Positions 13,101 to 27,200 of a DNA stretch of 42,929 nt are shown piece after piece. The stretch comes from Azolla caroliniana (lineage: Eukaryota; Plantae; Polypodiophyta). The notes under the pieces were generated by a model. It saw only the letters and a program-made list of their open reading frames with translations. It ran no database searches and had not been told where the DNA came from. Location: NCBI GenBank assembly GCA_043228905.1, contig JBHGNT010000266.1, forward strand, positions 1 through 42,929, in the 5' to 3' direction. Within the stretch, counting starts at the first letter, position 1; each line of letters starts with the position of its first letter. The position numbers and the translations under genes were made by a program.

Positions 13101-15920
13101 TTCATGTCTCTCGACCCGAGTTTCAAAATCTTGATTTTTTAATTCCATATCATAGCTAGCGTTGTTAGCTTCGATTCGCATGTTTGAATACAAAAATCCG
13201 ATATCACACGAGCCAGGTATGAACATTTTAATTTACCTACTAAGTCTTGTCAACTCACTCCTCAAGTTTGCTAATTTCTTCATGTCTCTCGACCCGAGTT
13301 TCAAAATCTTGATTTTTTAATTACATATCATAGCTAGCGTTGTCAGCTTCGATTCGCATGTTTGAATACAAAAATCCGATATCACACGAGCCAGGTATGA
13401 ACATTTTAATTTACCTAATAGCTCTTCTCAACTCCCTCCTCAAGTTTGCTAATTTCTTCATGTCTCTCGACCCGAGTTTCAAAATCTTGATTTTTTAATT
13501 TCATATCATAGCTAGCGTTGTTAGCTTCGATTCGCATGTTTGAACACAAAAATCCGATATCATACGAGCCAGGTATGAACATTTTAATTTCTTCAAGGGC
13601 TCCTCTCAACTCCCTCCTCAAGTTTTCTATTTTCATCATGTCTCTCGACCTGAGTTTCAAAATCTTGATTTTTTAATTCCAAATAATAGCTAGCGTTGTT
13701 AGCTTCGATTGGCATGTTTGAACACAAAAATCCGATATCACAGGAGCCAGGTATGAACATTTTAATTTACCTACTAGGTCTTCTCAACTCACTCCTCAAG
13801 TTTGCTAATTTCTTCATGTCTCTCGACCCGAGTTTCAAAATCTTGATTTTTTAATTCCATATCATAGCTAGCGTTGTTAGCTTCGATTCGCATGTTTGAA
13901 CACAAAAATCCGATATCACACGAGCGAGGTATGAACATTTTAATTTCTTCAAGGGCTCCTCTCAACTCCCTCCTGAAGTTTTCTATTTTCATCATGTCTC
14001 TCGACCTGAGTTTCAAAATCTTGATTTTTAATTCCAAATTATAGCTAGCGTTGTTAGCTTTGAATCGCATGTTTGAATACAATAATACTATATCACACGA
14101 GCCAGGTATGAACATTTTAATTTACCTACTAGGTCTTCTCAACTCACTCCTCAAGTTTGCTAATTTCTTCATGTCTCTCGACCCGAGTTTCAAAATCTTA
14201 ATTTTTTAATTCCATATCATAGCTAGCGTTGTTAGCTTCGATTCGCATGTTTGAACACAAAAATCCGATATCACACGAGCCAGGTATGAACATTTTAATT
14301 TACCTACTAGGTCTTCTCAACTCACTCCTCAAGTTTGCTAATTTCTTCATGTCTCTCGACCCGAGTTTCAAAATCTTGATTTTTTAATTCCATATCATAG
14401 CTAGCGTTGTTACCTTCGATTCGCATGTTTGAACACAGAAATCCGATATCACACGAGCGAGGTATGAACATTTTAATTTACTCAAGGGCTCCTCTCAACT
14501 CCCTCCTCAAGTTTTCTATTTTCATCATGTCTCTCGACCTGAGTTTCAAAATCTTTATTTTTAATTCCAAATTATAGCTAGCGTTGTTAGCTTTAAATCG
14601 CATGTTTGAACACAAAAATACGATATTAGACGAGCCAGGTATGAACATTTTAATTTACCTACTAGGTCTTCTCAACTCACTCCTCAAGTTTGCTAATTTC
14701 TTCATGTCTCTCGACCCGAGTTTCAAAATCTTGATTTTTTAATTCCATATCATAGCTAGCGTTGTTAGCTTCGATTCGCATATTTGAACACAAAAATCCG
14801 ATATCACACGAGCCAGGTATGAACATTTTAATTTACCTACTAGGTCTTCTCAACTCCCTCCTCAAGTTTGCTAATTTCTTCATGTCTCTCGACCCGAGTT
14901 TCAAAATCTTGATTTTTTAATTCCATATCATAGCTAGCGTTGTTAGCTTCGATTCGCATGTTTGAATACAAAAATCCGATATCACACGAGCCAGGTATGA
15001 ACATTTTAATTTACCTACTAGGTCTTCTCAACTCACTCCTCAAGTTTGCTAATTTCTTCATGTCTCTCGACCCGAGTTTCAAAATCTTGATTTTTTAATT
15101 CCATATCATAGCTAGCGTTGTTACCTTCGATTCGCATGTTTGAATACAAAAATCCGATATCACACGAGCCAGGTATGAACATTTTAATTTACCTAATAGC
15201 TCTTCTCAACTCCCTCCTCAAGTTTGCTAATTTCTTCATGTCTCTCGACCCGAGTTTCAAAATCTGGATTTTTTAATTCCAGATCATAGCTAGCGTTGTT
15301 AGCTTCGATTCGCATGTTTGAACACAAAAATCCGATATCACACGACCCAGGTATGAACATTTTAATTTACTCAAGGGCTCCTCTCAACTCCCTCCTCAAG
15401 TTTGCTAATTTCTTCATGTCTCTTGACCTGAGTTTCAAAATCTTGATTTTTTAATTCCATATCATAGCTAGCGTTGTTAGCTTCGATTCGCATGTTTGAA
15501 CACAAAAATCCGATATCATACGAGCCAGGTATGAACATTTTAATTTCTTCAAGGGCTCCTCTCAACTCCCTCCTCAAGTTTTCTATTTTCATCATGTCTC
15601 TCGACCTGAGTTTCAAAATCTTGATTTTTTAATTCCAAATAATAGCTAGCGTTGTTAGCTTCGATTGGCATGGTTGAACACAAAAATCCGATATCACAGG
15701 AGCCAGGTATGAACATTTTAATTTACCTACTAGGTCTTCTCAACTCACTCCTCAAGTTTGCTAATTTCTTCATGTCTCTCGACCCGAGTTTCAAAATCTT
15801 GATTTTTTAATTCCATATCATAGCTAGCGTTGTTAGCTTCGATTCGCATGTTTGAATACACAAATCCGATATCACACGAGAGAGGTATGAACATTTTAAT
15901 TTACTCAAGGGCTCCTCTCA
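5470..15920 (+). repeat. Long-range duplication, 6226-bp offset (35 monomers): ~5.5-9.7 kb repeated at ~11.7-15.9 kb
   Basis: Markers at 6297/12523 and 7855/14081, and ORF-track pairs 7189/13415, 7563/13789 and 9145/15371, are all offset by 6226. Confidence 0.88.
7280..11245 (+). repeat. 11-mer HOR tandem duplication (1956-bp period, two 177-bp units)
   Basis: Marker aataatactat at 7855 and 9811. The tcatacg, cacagaaat and gatattagacg variants repeat at the same offset. Confidence 0.85.
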
Positions 15921-16280
15921 ACTCCCTCCTCAAGTTTTCTATTTTCATCATGTCTCTCGACCTGAGTTTCAAAATCTTGATTTTTTAATTCCAAATAATA
16001 GCTAGCGTTGTTAGCTTCGATTGGCATGGTTGAACACAAAAATCCGATATCACAGGAGCCAGGTATGAACATTTTAATTTACCTACTAGGTCTTCTCAAC
16101 TCACTCCTCAAGTTTGCTAATTTCTTCATGTCTCTCGACCCGAGTTTCAAAATCTTGATTTTTTAATTCCATATCATAGCTAGCGTTGTTAGCTTCGATT
16201 CGCATGTTTGAATACACAAATCCGATATCACACGAGAGAGGTATGAACATTTTAATTTACTCAAGGGCTCCTCTCAACTC
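15560..16280 (+). repeat. Dimeric HOR duplication (356 bp)
   Basis: Private variants catggttgaac (tggtt at 15671, 16027) and gagagaggtatg each repeat at offset 356. Confidence 0.8.
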
Positions 16281-16659
16281 CCTCCCCAAGTTTTCTATTT
16301 TCATCATGTCTCTCGACCTGAGTTTCAAAATCTTGATTTTTAATTCCAAATTATAGCTAGCGTTGTTAGCTTTGAATCGCATGTTTGAACACAAAAATAC
16401 GATATCACACGAGCCAGGTATGAACATTTTAATTTACCTACTAGGTCTTCTCAACTCACTCCTCAAGTTTGCTAATTTCTTCATGTCTCTCGACCCGAGT
16501 TTCAAAATCTTGATTTTTTAATTCCATATCATAGCTAGCGTTGTTAGCTTCGATTCGCATATTTGAACACAAAAATCCGATATCACACGAGCCAGGTATG
16601 AACATTTTAATTTACCTACTAGGTCTTCTCAACTCCCTCCTCAAGTTTTCTATTTTCAT

Positions 16660-18287
16660 CATGTCTCTCGACCTGAGTTTCAAAATCTTTATTTTTAATT
16701 CCAAATTATAGCTAGCGTTGTTAGCTTTAAATCGCATGTTTGAATACAAAAATACGATATCAGACGAGCCAGGTATGAACATTTTAATTTACCTACTAGG
16801 TCTTCTCAACTCACTCCTCAAGTTTGCTAATTTCTTCATGTCTCTCGACCCGAGTTTCAAAATCTTGATTTTTTAATTCCAGATCATAGCTAGCGTTGTT
16901 AGATTCAATTCGCATGTTTGAACACAAAAATCCGATATCACACGACCCAGGTATGAACATTTTAATTTACCTACTAGGTCTTCTCAACTCACTCCTCAAG
17001 TTTGCTAATTTCTTCATGTCTCTCGACCCGAGTTTCAAAATCTTGATTTTTTAATTCCAAATAATAGCTAGCGTTGTTAGCTTCGATTGGCATGTTTGAA
17101 CACAAAAATCCTCAACTCACTCCTCAAGTTTGCTAATTTCTTCATGTCTCTCGACCCGAGTTTCAAAGTCTTGATTTTTTAATTCCAGATCATAGCTAGC
17201 GTTGTTAGCTTCGATTCGCATGTTTGAACACAAAAATCCGATATCACACGACCCAGGTATGAACATTTTAATTTACTCAAAGGCTCCTCTCAACTCCCTC
17301 CTCAAGTTTGCTAATTCCAAATCTTGATTTTTTAATTCCATATCATAGCTAGCGTTGTTAGCTTCGATTCGCATGTTTGAACACAAAAATCCGATATCAC
17401 AGCAGCCAGGTATGAACATTTTAATTTACCTACTAGGTCTTCTCAACTCACTCCTCAAGTTTGCTAATTTCTTCATGTCTCTCGACCTGAGTTTCAAAAT
17501 CTTTATTTTTAATTCCAAATTATAGCTAGCGTTGTTAGCTTTAAATCGCATGTTTGAATACAAAAATACGATATCAGACGAGCCAGGTATGAACATTTTA
17601 ATTTACCTACTAGGTCTTCTCAACTCACTCCTCAAGTTTGCTAATTTCTTCATGTCTCTCGACCCGAGTTTCAAAATCTTGATTTTTTAATTCCAGATCA
17701 TAGCTAGCGTTGTTAGATTCAATTCGCATGTTTGAACACAAAAATCCGATATCACACGACCCAGGTATGAACATTTTAATTTACCTACTAGGTCTTCTCA
17801 ACTCACTCCTCAAGTTTGCTAATTTCTTCATGTCTCTCGACCCGAGTTTCAAAATCTTGATTTTTTAATTCCAAATAATAGCTAGCGTTGTTAGCTTCGA
17901 TTGGCATGTTTGAACACAAAAATCCTCAACTCACTCCTCAAGTTTGCTAATTTCTTCATGTCTCTCGACCCGAGTTTCAAAGTCTTGATTTTTTAATTCC
18001 AGATCATAGCTAGCGTTGTTAGCTTCGATTCGCATGTTTGAACACAAAAATCCGATATCACACGACCCAGGTATGAACATTTTAATTTACTCAAAGGCTC
18101 CTCTCAACTCCCTCCTCAAGTTTGCTAATTCCAAATCTTGATTTTTTAATTCCATATCATAGCTAGCGTTGTTAGCTTCGATTCGCATGTTTGAACACAA
18201 AAATCCGATATCACAGCAGCCAGGTATGAACATTTTAATTTACCTACTAGGTCTTCTCAACTCACTCCTCAAGTTTGCTAATTTCTT
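16660..18287 (+). repeat. 814-bp 5-mer tandem duplication carrying two deletion monomers
   Basis: Deletion junction aaaaatcctcaac at 17111 and 17925; junction gctaattccaaatc at ~17310 and ~18124; marker agattcaatt at 16901 and 17715. 814 = 5x178 - 50 - 25 - 1. Confidence 0.92.
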
Positions 18288-19965
18288 CATGTCTCTCGAC
18301 CCGAGTTTCAAAATCTTGATTTTTTAATTCCAAATTATAGCTAGCGTTGTTAGCTTCGATTCACATGTTTGAACACAAAAATCCGATATCACACGAGCCA
18401 GGTATATACATTTTAATTTACCTACTAGGTGTTCTCAACTCACTCCTCAAGTTTGCTAATTTCTTCATGTCTCTTGACCTGAGTTTCAAAATCTTGATTT
18501 TTTAATTCCATATCATAGCTAGCGTTGTTAGCTTCGATTCGCATGTTTGAACACAAAAATCCGATATCACACGACCCAGGTATGAACATTTTAATTTACT
18601 CAAGGGCTCCTCTCAACTCCCTCCTCAAGTTTGCTAATTTCTTCATGTCTCTTGACCTGAGTTTCAAAATCTTGGTTTTTTAATCCCATATCATAGCTAG
18701 CGTTGTTAGCTTCGATTCGCATGTTTGAACACAAAACTCCGATATTACACGAGCCAGGTATGAACATTTTAATTTACCTACTAAGTCTTGTCAACTCACT
18801 GCTCAAGTTTGCTAATTTCTTCATGTCTCTCGACCCGAGTTTCAAAATCTTGATTTTTTAATTACATATCATAGCTAGCATTGAGAGCTTCGATTCGCAT
18901 GTTTGAATACAAAAATCCGATATCACACGAGCCAGGTATGAACATTTTAATTTACCTAATAGCTCTTCTCAACTCCCTCCTCAAGTTTGCTAATTTCTTC
19001 ATGTCTCTCGACCCGAGTTTCAAAATCTTGATTTTTTAATCCCATATCATAGCTAGCGTTGTTAGCTTCGATTCGCATGTTTGAACACAAAAATCCGATA
19101 TCACACGACCCAGGTATGAACATTTTAATTTACTCAAAGGCTCCTCTCAACTCCCTCCTCATGTTTTCTATTTTCATCATGTCTCTCGACCTGAGTTTCA
19201 AAATCTTTATTTTTAATTCCAAATTATAGCTAGCGTTGTTAGCTTCGATTCGCATGTTTGAACACAAAAATACGATATCACACGAGCCAGGTATGAACAT
19301 TTTAATTTACCTAGTAGGTCTTCTCAACTCACTCCTCAAGTTTGCTAATTTCTTCATGTCTCTCGACCCGAGTTTCAAAATCTTGATTTTTTAATTCCAT
19401 ATCATAGCTAGCGTTGTTAGCTTCGATTCGCATGTTTGAACACAAAAATTCGATATCACACGAGCGAGGTATGAACATTTTAATTTACTCAAGGGCTCCT
19501 CTCAACTCCCTCCTCAAGTTTTCTATTTTCATCATGTTTCTCGACCTGAGTTTCAAAATCTTTATTTTTAATTCCAAATTATAGCTAGCGTTGTTAGCTT
19601 TAAATCGCATGTTTGAACACAAAAATACGATATCAGACGAGCCAGGTATGAACATTTTAATTTACCTACTAGGTCTTCTCAACTCACTCCTCAAGTTTGC
19701 TAATTTCTTCATGTCTCTCGACCCGAGTTTCAAAATCTTGATTTTTTAATTCCATATCATAGCTAGCGTTGTTAGCTTCGATTCGCATATTTGAACACAA
19801 AAATCCGATATCACACGAGCCAGGTATGAACATTTTAATTTACTCAAGGGCTCCTCTCAACTCCCTCCTCAAGTTTGCTAATTTCTTCATGTCTCTTGAC
19901 CTGAGTTTCAAAATCTTGGTTTTTTAATCCCATATCATAGCTAGCGTTGTTAGCTTCGATTCGCA

Positions 19966-20118
19966 TGTTTGAACACAAAACTCCGATATCACACGAGCCA
20001 GGTATCTTGTCAACTCACTCCTCAAGTTTGCTAATTTCTTCATGTCTCTCGACCCGAGTTTCAAAATCTTGATTTTTTAATTCCATATCATAGCTAGCGT
20101 TGTTAGTTTCGATTGGCA
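19966..20118 (+). repeat. 153-bp monomer with a 25-bp deletion
   Basis: ccaggtat|cttgtcaac at ~20005 lacks gaacattttaatttacctactaagt. The tgttt anchor spacing 19966 to 20119 is 153. Confidence 0.9.
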
Positions 20119-23100
20119 TGTTTGAATACACAAATCCGATATCACACGAGCCAGGTATGAACATTTTAATTTAGTCACGGGCTCTTCTCAACTCCCTCCT
20201 CATGTTTTCTATTTTCATCATTTCTCTCGGCCTGAGTTTCAAAATCTTGATTTTTTAATTCCAAATAATAGCTAGCGTTGTTAGCTTCGATTGGCATGTT
20301 TGAACACAAAAATCCGATATCACACGAGCCAGGTATGAACATTTTAATTTACCTACTAGGTCTTCTCAACTCACTCCTCAAGTTTGCTAATTTCTTCATG
20401 TCTCTCGACCCGAGTTTCAAAATCTTGATTTTTTAATTCCAGATCATAACTAGCGTTGTCAGCTTCGATTCGCATGTTTGAACACAAAAATCCGATATCA
20501 CACGACCCAGGTATGAACATTTTAATTTACTCAAGGGCTCCTCTCAACTCCCTCCTCAAGTTTGCTAATTTCTTCATGTCTCTTGACCTGAGTTTCAAAA
20601 TCTTGATTTTTTAATTCCATATCATAGCTAGCGTTGTTAGCTTCGATTCGCATGTTTGAACACAAAAATCCGATATCACACGACCCAGGTATGAACATTT
20701 TAATTTACTCAAGGGCTCCTCTCAACTCACTCCTCAAGTTTGCTAATTTCTTCATGTCTCTTGACCCGAGTTTCAAAATCTTGATTTTTTAATCCCATAT
20801 CATAGCTAGCGTTGTTAGCTTCGATTCGTATGTTTGAACACAAAACTCCGATATCACACGAGCCAGGTATGAACATTTTAATTTACCTACTAAGTCTTCT
20901 CAACTCACTCCTCAAGTTTGCTAATTTCTTCATGTCTCTCGACCCGAGTTTCAAAATCTTGATTTTTTAACTACATATCATAGCTAGCGTTGTTACCTTC
21001 GATTCGCATGTTTGAATACAAAAATCCGATATCACACGAGCCAGGTATGAACATTTTAATTTACCTAATAGCTCCTCTCAACTCCCTCCTCAAGTTTTCT
21101 ATTTTCATCATGTCTCTCGACCTGAGTTTCAAAATCTTTATTTTTAATTCCAAATTATAGCTAGCGTTGTTAGCTTTAAATCGCATGTTTGAACACAAAA
21201 ATACGATATTAGACGAGCCAGGTATGAACATTTTAATTTACCTACTAGGTCTTCTCAACTCACTCCTCAAGTTTGCTAATTTCTTCATGTCTCTCGACCC
21301 GAGTTTCAAAATCTTGATTTTTTAATTCCATATCATAGCTAGCGTTGTTAGCTTCGATTCGCATATTTGAACACAAAAATCCGATATCACACGAGCCAGG
21401 TATGAACATTTTAATTTACCTACTAGGTCTTCTCAACTCCCTCCTCAAGTTTGCTAATTTCTTCATGTCTCTCGACCCGAGTTTCAAAATCTTGATTTTT
21501 TAATTCCATATCATAGCTAGCGTTGTTAGCTTCGATTCGCATGTTTGAATACAAAAATCCGATATCACACGACCCAGGTATGAACATTTTAATTTACCTA
21601 CTAGGTCTTCTCAACTCCCTCCTCAAGTTTGCTAATTTCTTCATGTCTCTCGACCCGAGTTTCAAAATCTGGATTTTTTAATTCCAGATCATAGCTAGCG
21701 TTGTTAGCTTCGATTCGCATGTTTGAACACAAAAATCCGATATCACACGACCCAGGTATGAACATTTTAATTTACTCAAGGGCTCCTCTCAACTCCCTCC
21801 TCAAGTTTGCTAATTTCTTCATGTCTCTTGACCTGAGTTTCAAAATCTTGATTTTTTAATTCCATATCATAGCTAGCGTTGTTAGCTTCGATTCGCATGT
21901 TTGAACACAAAAATCCGATATCACACGAGCCAGGTATGAACATTTTAATTTACTCAAGGGCTCCTCTCAACTCCCTCCTCAAGTTTGCTAATTTCTTCAT
22001 GTCTCTTGACCTGAGTTTCAAAATCTTGGTTTTTTAATCCCATATCATAGCTAGCGTTGTTAGCTTCGATTCGCATGTTTGAACACAAAACTCCGATATC
22101 ACACGAGCCAGGTATGAACATTTTAATTTACCTACTAAGTCTTGTCAACTCACTCCTCAAGTTTGCTAATTTCTTCATGTCTCTCGACCCGAGTTTCAAA
22201 ATCTTGATTTTTTAATTACATATCATAGCTAGCGTTGAGAGCTTCGATTCGCATGTTTGAATACAAAAATCCGATATCACACGAGCCAGGTATGAACATT
22301 TTAATTTACCTACTAGGTCTTCTCAACTCACTCCTCAAGTTTGCTAATTTCTTCATGTCTCTCGACCTGAGTTATAAAATCTTGATTTTTTAATTCCATA
22401 TCATAGCTAGCGTTGTTAGCTTCGATTCGCATATTTGAACACAAAAATCCGATATCACACGAGCCAGGTATGAACATTTTAATTTACCTACTAGGTCTTC
22501 TCAACTCACTCCTCAAGTTTGCTAATTTCTTCATGTCTCTCGACCCGAGTTTCAAAATCTTGATTTTTTAATTCCATATCATAGCTAGCGTTGTTAGCTT
22601 CGATTCGCATGTTTGAATACAAAAATCCGATATCACACGAGCGAGGCATGAACATTTTAATTTACTCAAGGGCTCCTCTCAACTCCCTCCTCAAGTTTTC
22701 TATTTTCATCATGTTTCTCGACCTGAGTTTCAAAATCTTGATTTTTAATTCCAAATTATAGCTAGCGTTGTTAGCTTTGAATCGCATGTTTGAACACAAA
22801 AATACGATATCACACGAGCCAGGTATGAACATTTTAATTTACCTACTAGGTCTTCTCAACTCACTCCTCAAGTTTGCTAATTTCTTCATGTCTCTCGACC
22901 CGAGTTTCAAAATCTTGATTTTTTAATTCCATATCATAGCTAGCGTTGTTAGCTTCGATTCGCATATTTGAACACAAAAATCCGATATCACACGAGCCAG
23001 GTATGAACATTTTAATTTACCTACTAGGTCTTCTCAACTCCCTCCTCAAGTTTTCTATTTTCATCATGTCTCTCGACCTGAGATTCAAAATCTTTATTTT

Positions 23101-24289
23101 TAATTCCAAATTATAGCTAGCGTTGTTAGCTTTAAATCGCATGTTTGAATACAAAAATACGATATCAGACGAGCCAGGTATGAACATTTTAATTTACCTA
23201 CTAGGTCTTCTCAACTCACTCCTCAAGTTTGCTAATTTCTTCATGTCTCTCGACCCGAGTTTCAAAATCTTGATTTTTTAATTCCAGATCATAGCTAGCG
23301 TTGTTAGATTCAATTCGCATGTTTGAACACAAAAATCCGATATCACACGACCCAGGTATGAACATTTTAATTTACCTACTAGGTCTTCTCAACTCACTCC
23401 TCAAGTTTGCTAATTTCTTCATGTCTCTCGACCCGAGTTTCAAAATCTTGATTTTTTAATTCCATATCATAGCTAGCGTTGTTAGCTTCGCTTCGCATGT
23501 TTGAACACAAAAATCCGATATCACACGAGCCAGGTATGAACATTTTAATTTACTCAAGGGCTCCTCTCAACTCCCTCCTCAAGTTTGCTAATTTCTTCAT
23601 GTCTCTTGACCTGAGTTTCAAAATCTTGGTTTTTTAATCCCATATCATAGCTAGCGTTGTTAGCTTCGATTCGCATGTTTGAACACAAAACTCCGATATC
23701 ACACGAGCCAGGTATGAACATTTTAATTTACCTACTAAGTCTTGTGAACTCACTCCTCAAGTTTGCTAATTTCTTCATGTCTCTCGACCCGAGTTTCAAA
23801 ATCTTGATTTTTTAATTACATATCATAGCTAGCATTGAGAGCTTCGATTCACATGTTTGAATACAAAAATCTGATATCACACGAGCCAGGTATGAACATT
23901 TTAATTTACCTAATAGCTCTTCTCAACTCCCTCCTCAAGTTTGCTAATTTCTTCATGTCTCTCGACCCGAGTTTCAAAATCTTGATTTTTTAATTCCATA
24001 TCATAGCTAGCGTTGTTAGCTTCGATTGGCATGTTTGAACACAAAAATCCGATATCACAGGAGCCAGGTATGAACATTTTAATTTACCTACTAGGTCTTC
24101 TCAACTCACTCCTCAAGTTTGCTAATTTCTTCATGTCTCTCGACCCGAGTTTCAAAATCTTGATTTTTTAATTCCATATCATAGCTAGCGTTGTTAGCTT
24201 CGATTCGCATGTTTGAATACAAAAATCCGATATCACACGATCCAGGTATGAAAATTTTAATTTACCTACTAAGTCTTGTCAACTCACTC

Positions 24290-27200
24290 CTCAAGTTTGC
24301 TAATTTCTTCATGTCTCTCGACCCGAGTTTCAAAATCTTGATTTTTTAATTATATATCATAGCTAGCGTTGTGAGCTTCGATTCGCATGTTTGAATACAA
24401 AAATCCGATATCACACGAGCCAGGTATGAACATTTTAATTTACCTAATAGCTCTTCTCAACTCCCTCCTCAAGTTTGCTAATTTCTTCATGTCTCTCGAC
24501 CCGAGTTTCAAAATCTTGATTTTTTAATTTCATATCATAGCTAGCGTTGTTAGCTTCGATTCACATGTTTGAACACAAAAATCCGATATCACACGAGCGA
24601 GGTATGAACATTTTAATTTCTTCAAGGGCTCCTCTCAACTCCCTCCTCAAGTTTTCTATTTTCATCATGTCTCTCGACCTGAGTTTCAAAATCTTGATTT
24701 TTTAATTCCAAATAATAGCTAGCGTTGTTAGCTTCGATTGGCATGTTTGAACACAAAAATCCGATATCACAGGAGCCAGGTATGAACATTTTAATTTACC
24801 TACTAGGTCTTCTCAACTCACTCCTCAAGTTTGCTAATTTCTTCATGTCTCTCGACCCGAGTTTCAAAATCTTGATTTTTTAATTCCATATCATAGCTAG
24901 CGTTGTTAGCTTCGATTCGCATGTTTGAATACACAAATCCGATATCACACGAGCGAGGTATGAACATTTTAATTTACTCAAGGGCTCCTCTCAACTCCCT
25001 CCCCAAGTTTTCTATTTTCATCATGTCTCTCGACCTGAGTTTCAAAATCTTGATTTTTAATTCCAAATTATAGCTAGCGTTGTTAGCTTTGAATCGCATG
25101 TTTGAATACAATAATACTATATCACACGAGCCAGGTATGAACATTTTAATTTACCTACTAGGTCTTCTCAACTCACTCCTCAAGTTTGCTAATTTCTTCA
25201 TGTCTCTCGACCCGAGTTTCAAAATCTTGATTTTTTAATTCCATATCATAGCTAGCGTTGTTAGCTTCGATTCGCATGTTTGAACACAAAAATCCGATAT
25301 CACACGAGCCAGGTATGAACATTTTAATTTACCTACTAGGTCTTCTCAACTCACTCCTCAAGTTTGCTAATTTCTTCATGTCTCTCGACCCGAGTTTCAA
25401 AATCTTGATTTTTTAATTCCATATCATAGCTAGCGTTGTTACCTTCGATTCGCATGTTTGAACACAGAAATCCGATATCACACGAGCGAGGTATGAACAT
25501 TTTAATTTACTCAAGGGCTCCTCTCAACTCCCTCCTCAAGTTTTCTATTTTCATCATGTCTCTCGACCTGAGTTTCAAAATCTTTATTTTTAATTCCAAA
25601 TTATAGCTAGCGTTGTTAGCTTTGAATCGCATGTTTGAATACAATAATACTATATCACACGAGCCAGGTATGAACATTTTAATTTACCTACTAGGTCTTC
25701 TCAACTCACTCCTCAAGTTTGCTAATTTCTTCATGTCTCTCGACCCGAGTTTGAAAATCTTGATTTTTTAATTCCATATCATAGCTAGCGTTGTTAGCTT
25801 CGATTCGCATGTTTGAACACAAAAATCCGATATCACACGAGCCAGGTATGAACATTTTAATTTACCTACTAGGTCTTCTCAACTCACTCCTCAAGTTTGC
25901 TAATTTCTTCATGTCTCTCGACCCGAGTTTCAAAATCTTGATTTTTTAATTCCATATCATAGCTAGCGTTGTTAGCTTCGATTCGCATGTTTGAACACAG
26001 AAATCCGATATCACACGAGCGAGGTATGAACATTTTAATTTACTCAAGGGCTCCTCTCAACTCCCTCCTCAAGTTTTCTATTTTCATCATGTCTCTCGAC
26101 CTGAGTTTCAAAATCTTTATTTTTAATTCCAAATTATAGCTAGCGTTGTTAGCTTTAAATCGCATGTTTGAACACAAAAATACGATATTAGACGAGCCAG
26201 GTATGAACATTTTAATTTACCTACTAGGTCTTCTCAACTCACTCCTCAAGTTTGCTAATTTCTTCATGTCTCTCGACCCGAGTTTCAAAATCTTGATTTT
26301 TTAATTCCATATCATAGCTAGCGTTGTTAGCTTCGATTCGCATATTTGAACACAAAAATCCGATATCACACGAGCCAGGTATGAACATTTTAATTTACCT
26401 ACTAGGTCTTCTCAACTCCCTCCTCAAGTTTGCTAATTTCTTCATGTCTCTCGACCCGAGTTTCAAAATCTTGATTTTTTAATTCCATATCATAGCTAGC
26501 GTTGTTAGCTTCGATTCGCATGTTTGAATACAAAAATCCGATATCACACGAGCCAGGTATGAACATTTTAATTTACCTACTAGGTCTTCTGAACTCACTC
26601 CTCAAGTTTGCTAATTTCTTCATGTCTCTCGACCCGAGTTTCAAAATCTTGATTTTTTAATTCCATATCATAGCTAGCGTTGTTACCTTCGATTCGCATG
26701 TTTGAATACAAAAATCCGATATCACACGAGCCAGGTATGAACATTTTAATTTACCTAATAGCTCTTCTCAACTCCCTCCTCAAGTTTGCTAATTTCTTCA
26801 TGTCTCTCGACCCGAGTTTCAAAATCTGGATTTTTTAATTCCAGATCATAGCTAACGTTGTTAGCTTCGATTCGCATGTTTGAACACAAAAATCCGATAT
26901 CACACGACCCAGGTATGAACATTTTAATTTACTCAAGGGCTCCTCTCAACTCCCTCCTCAAGTTTGCTAATTTCTTCATGTCTCTTGACCTGAGTTTCAA
27001 AATCTTGATTTTTTAATTCCATATCATAGCTAGCGTTGTTAGCTTCGATTCGCATGTTTGAACACAAAAATCCGATATCACACGAGCCAGGTATGAACAT
27101 TTTAATTTACTCAAGGGCTCCTCTCAACTCCCTCCTCAAGTTTGCTAATTTCTTCATGTCTCTTGACCTGAGTTTCAAAATCTTGGTTTTTTAATCCCAT

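Noticed and set aside
7189-15616. Minus-strand ORFs of 81-108 aa (MKLRSRDMMKIENLRRELRGALEEIK...)
   Set aside because: They are translations of satellite monomers in which variants remove stop codons. They recur at HOR offsets, the 178-bp unit shifts frame in each copy, and I recognise no domain.
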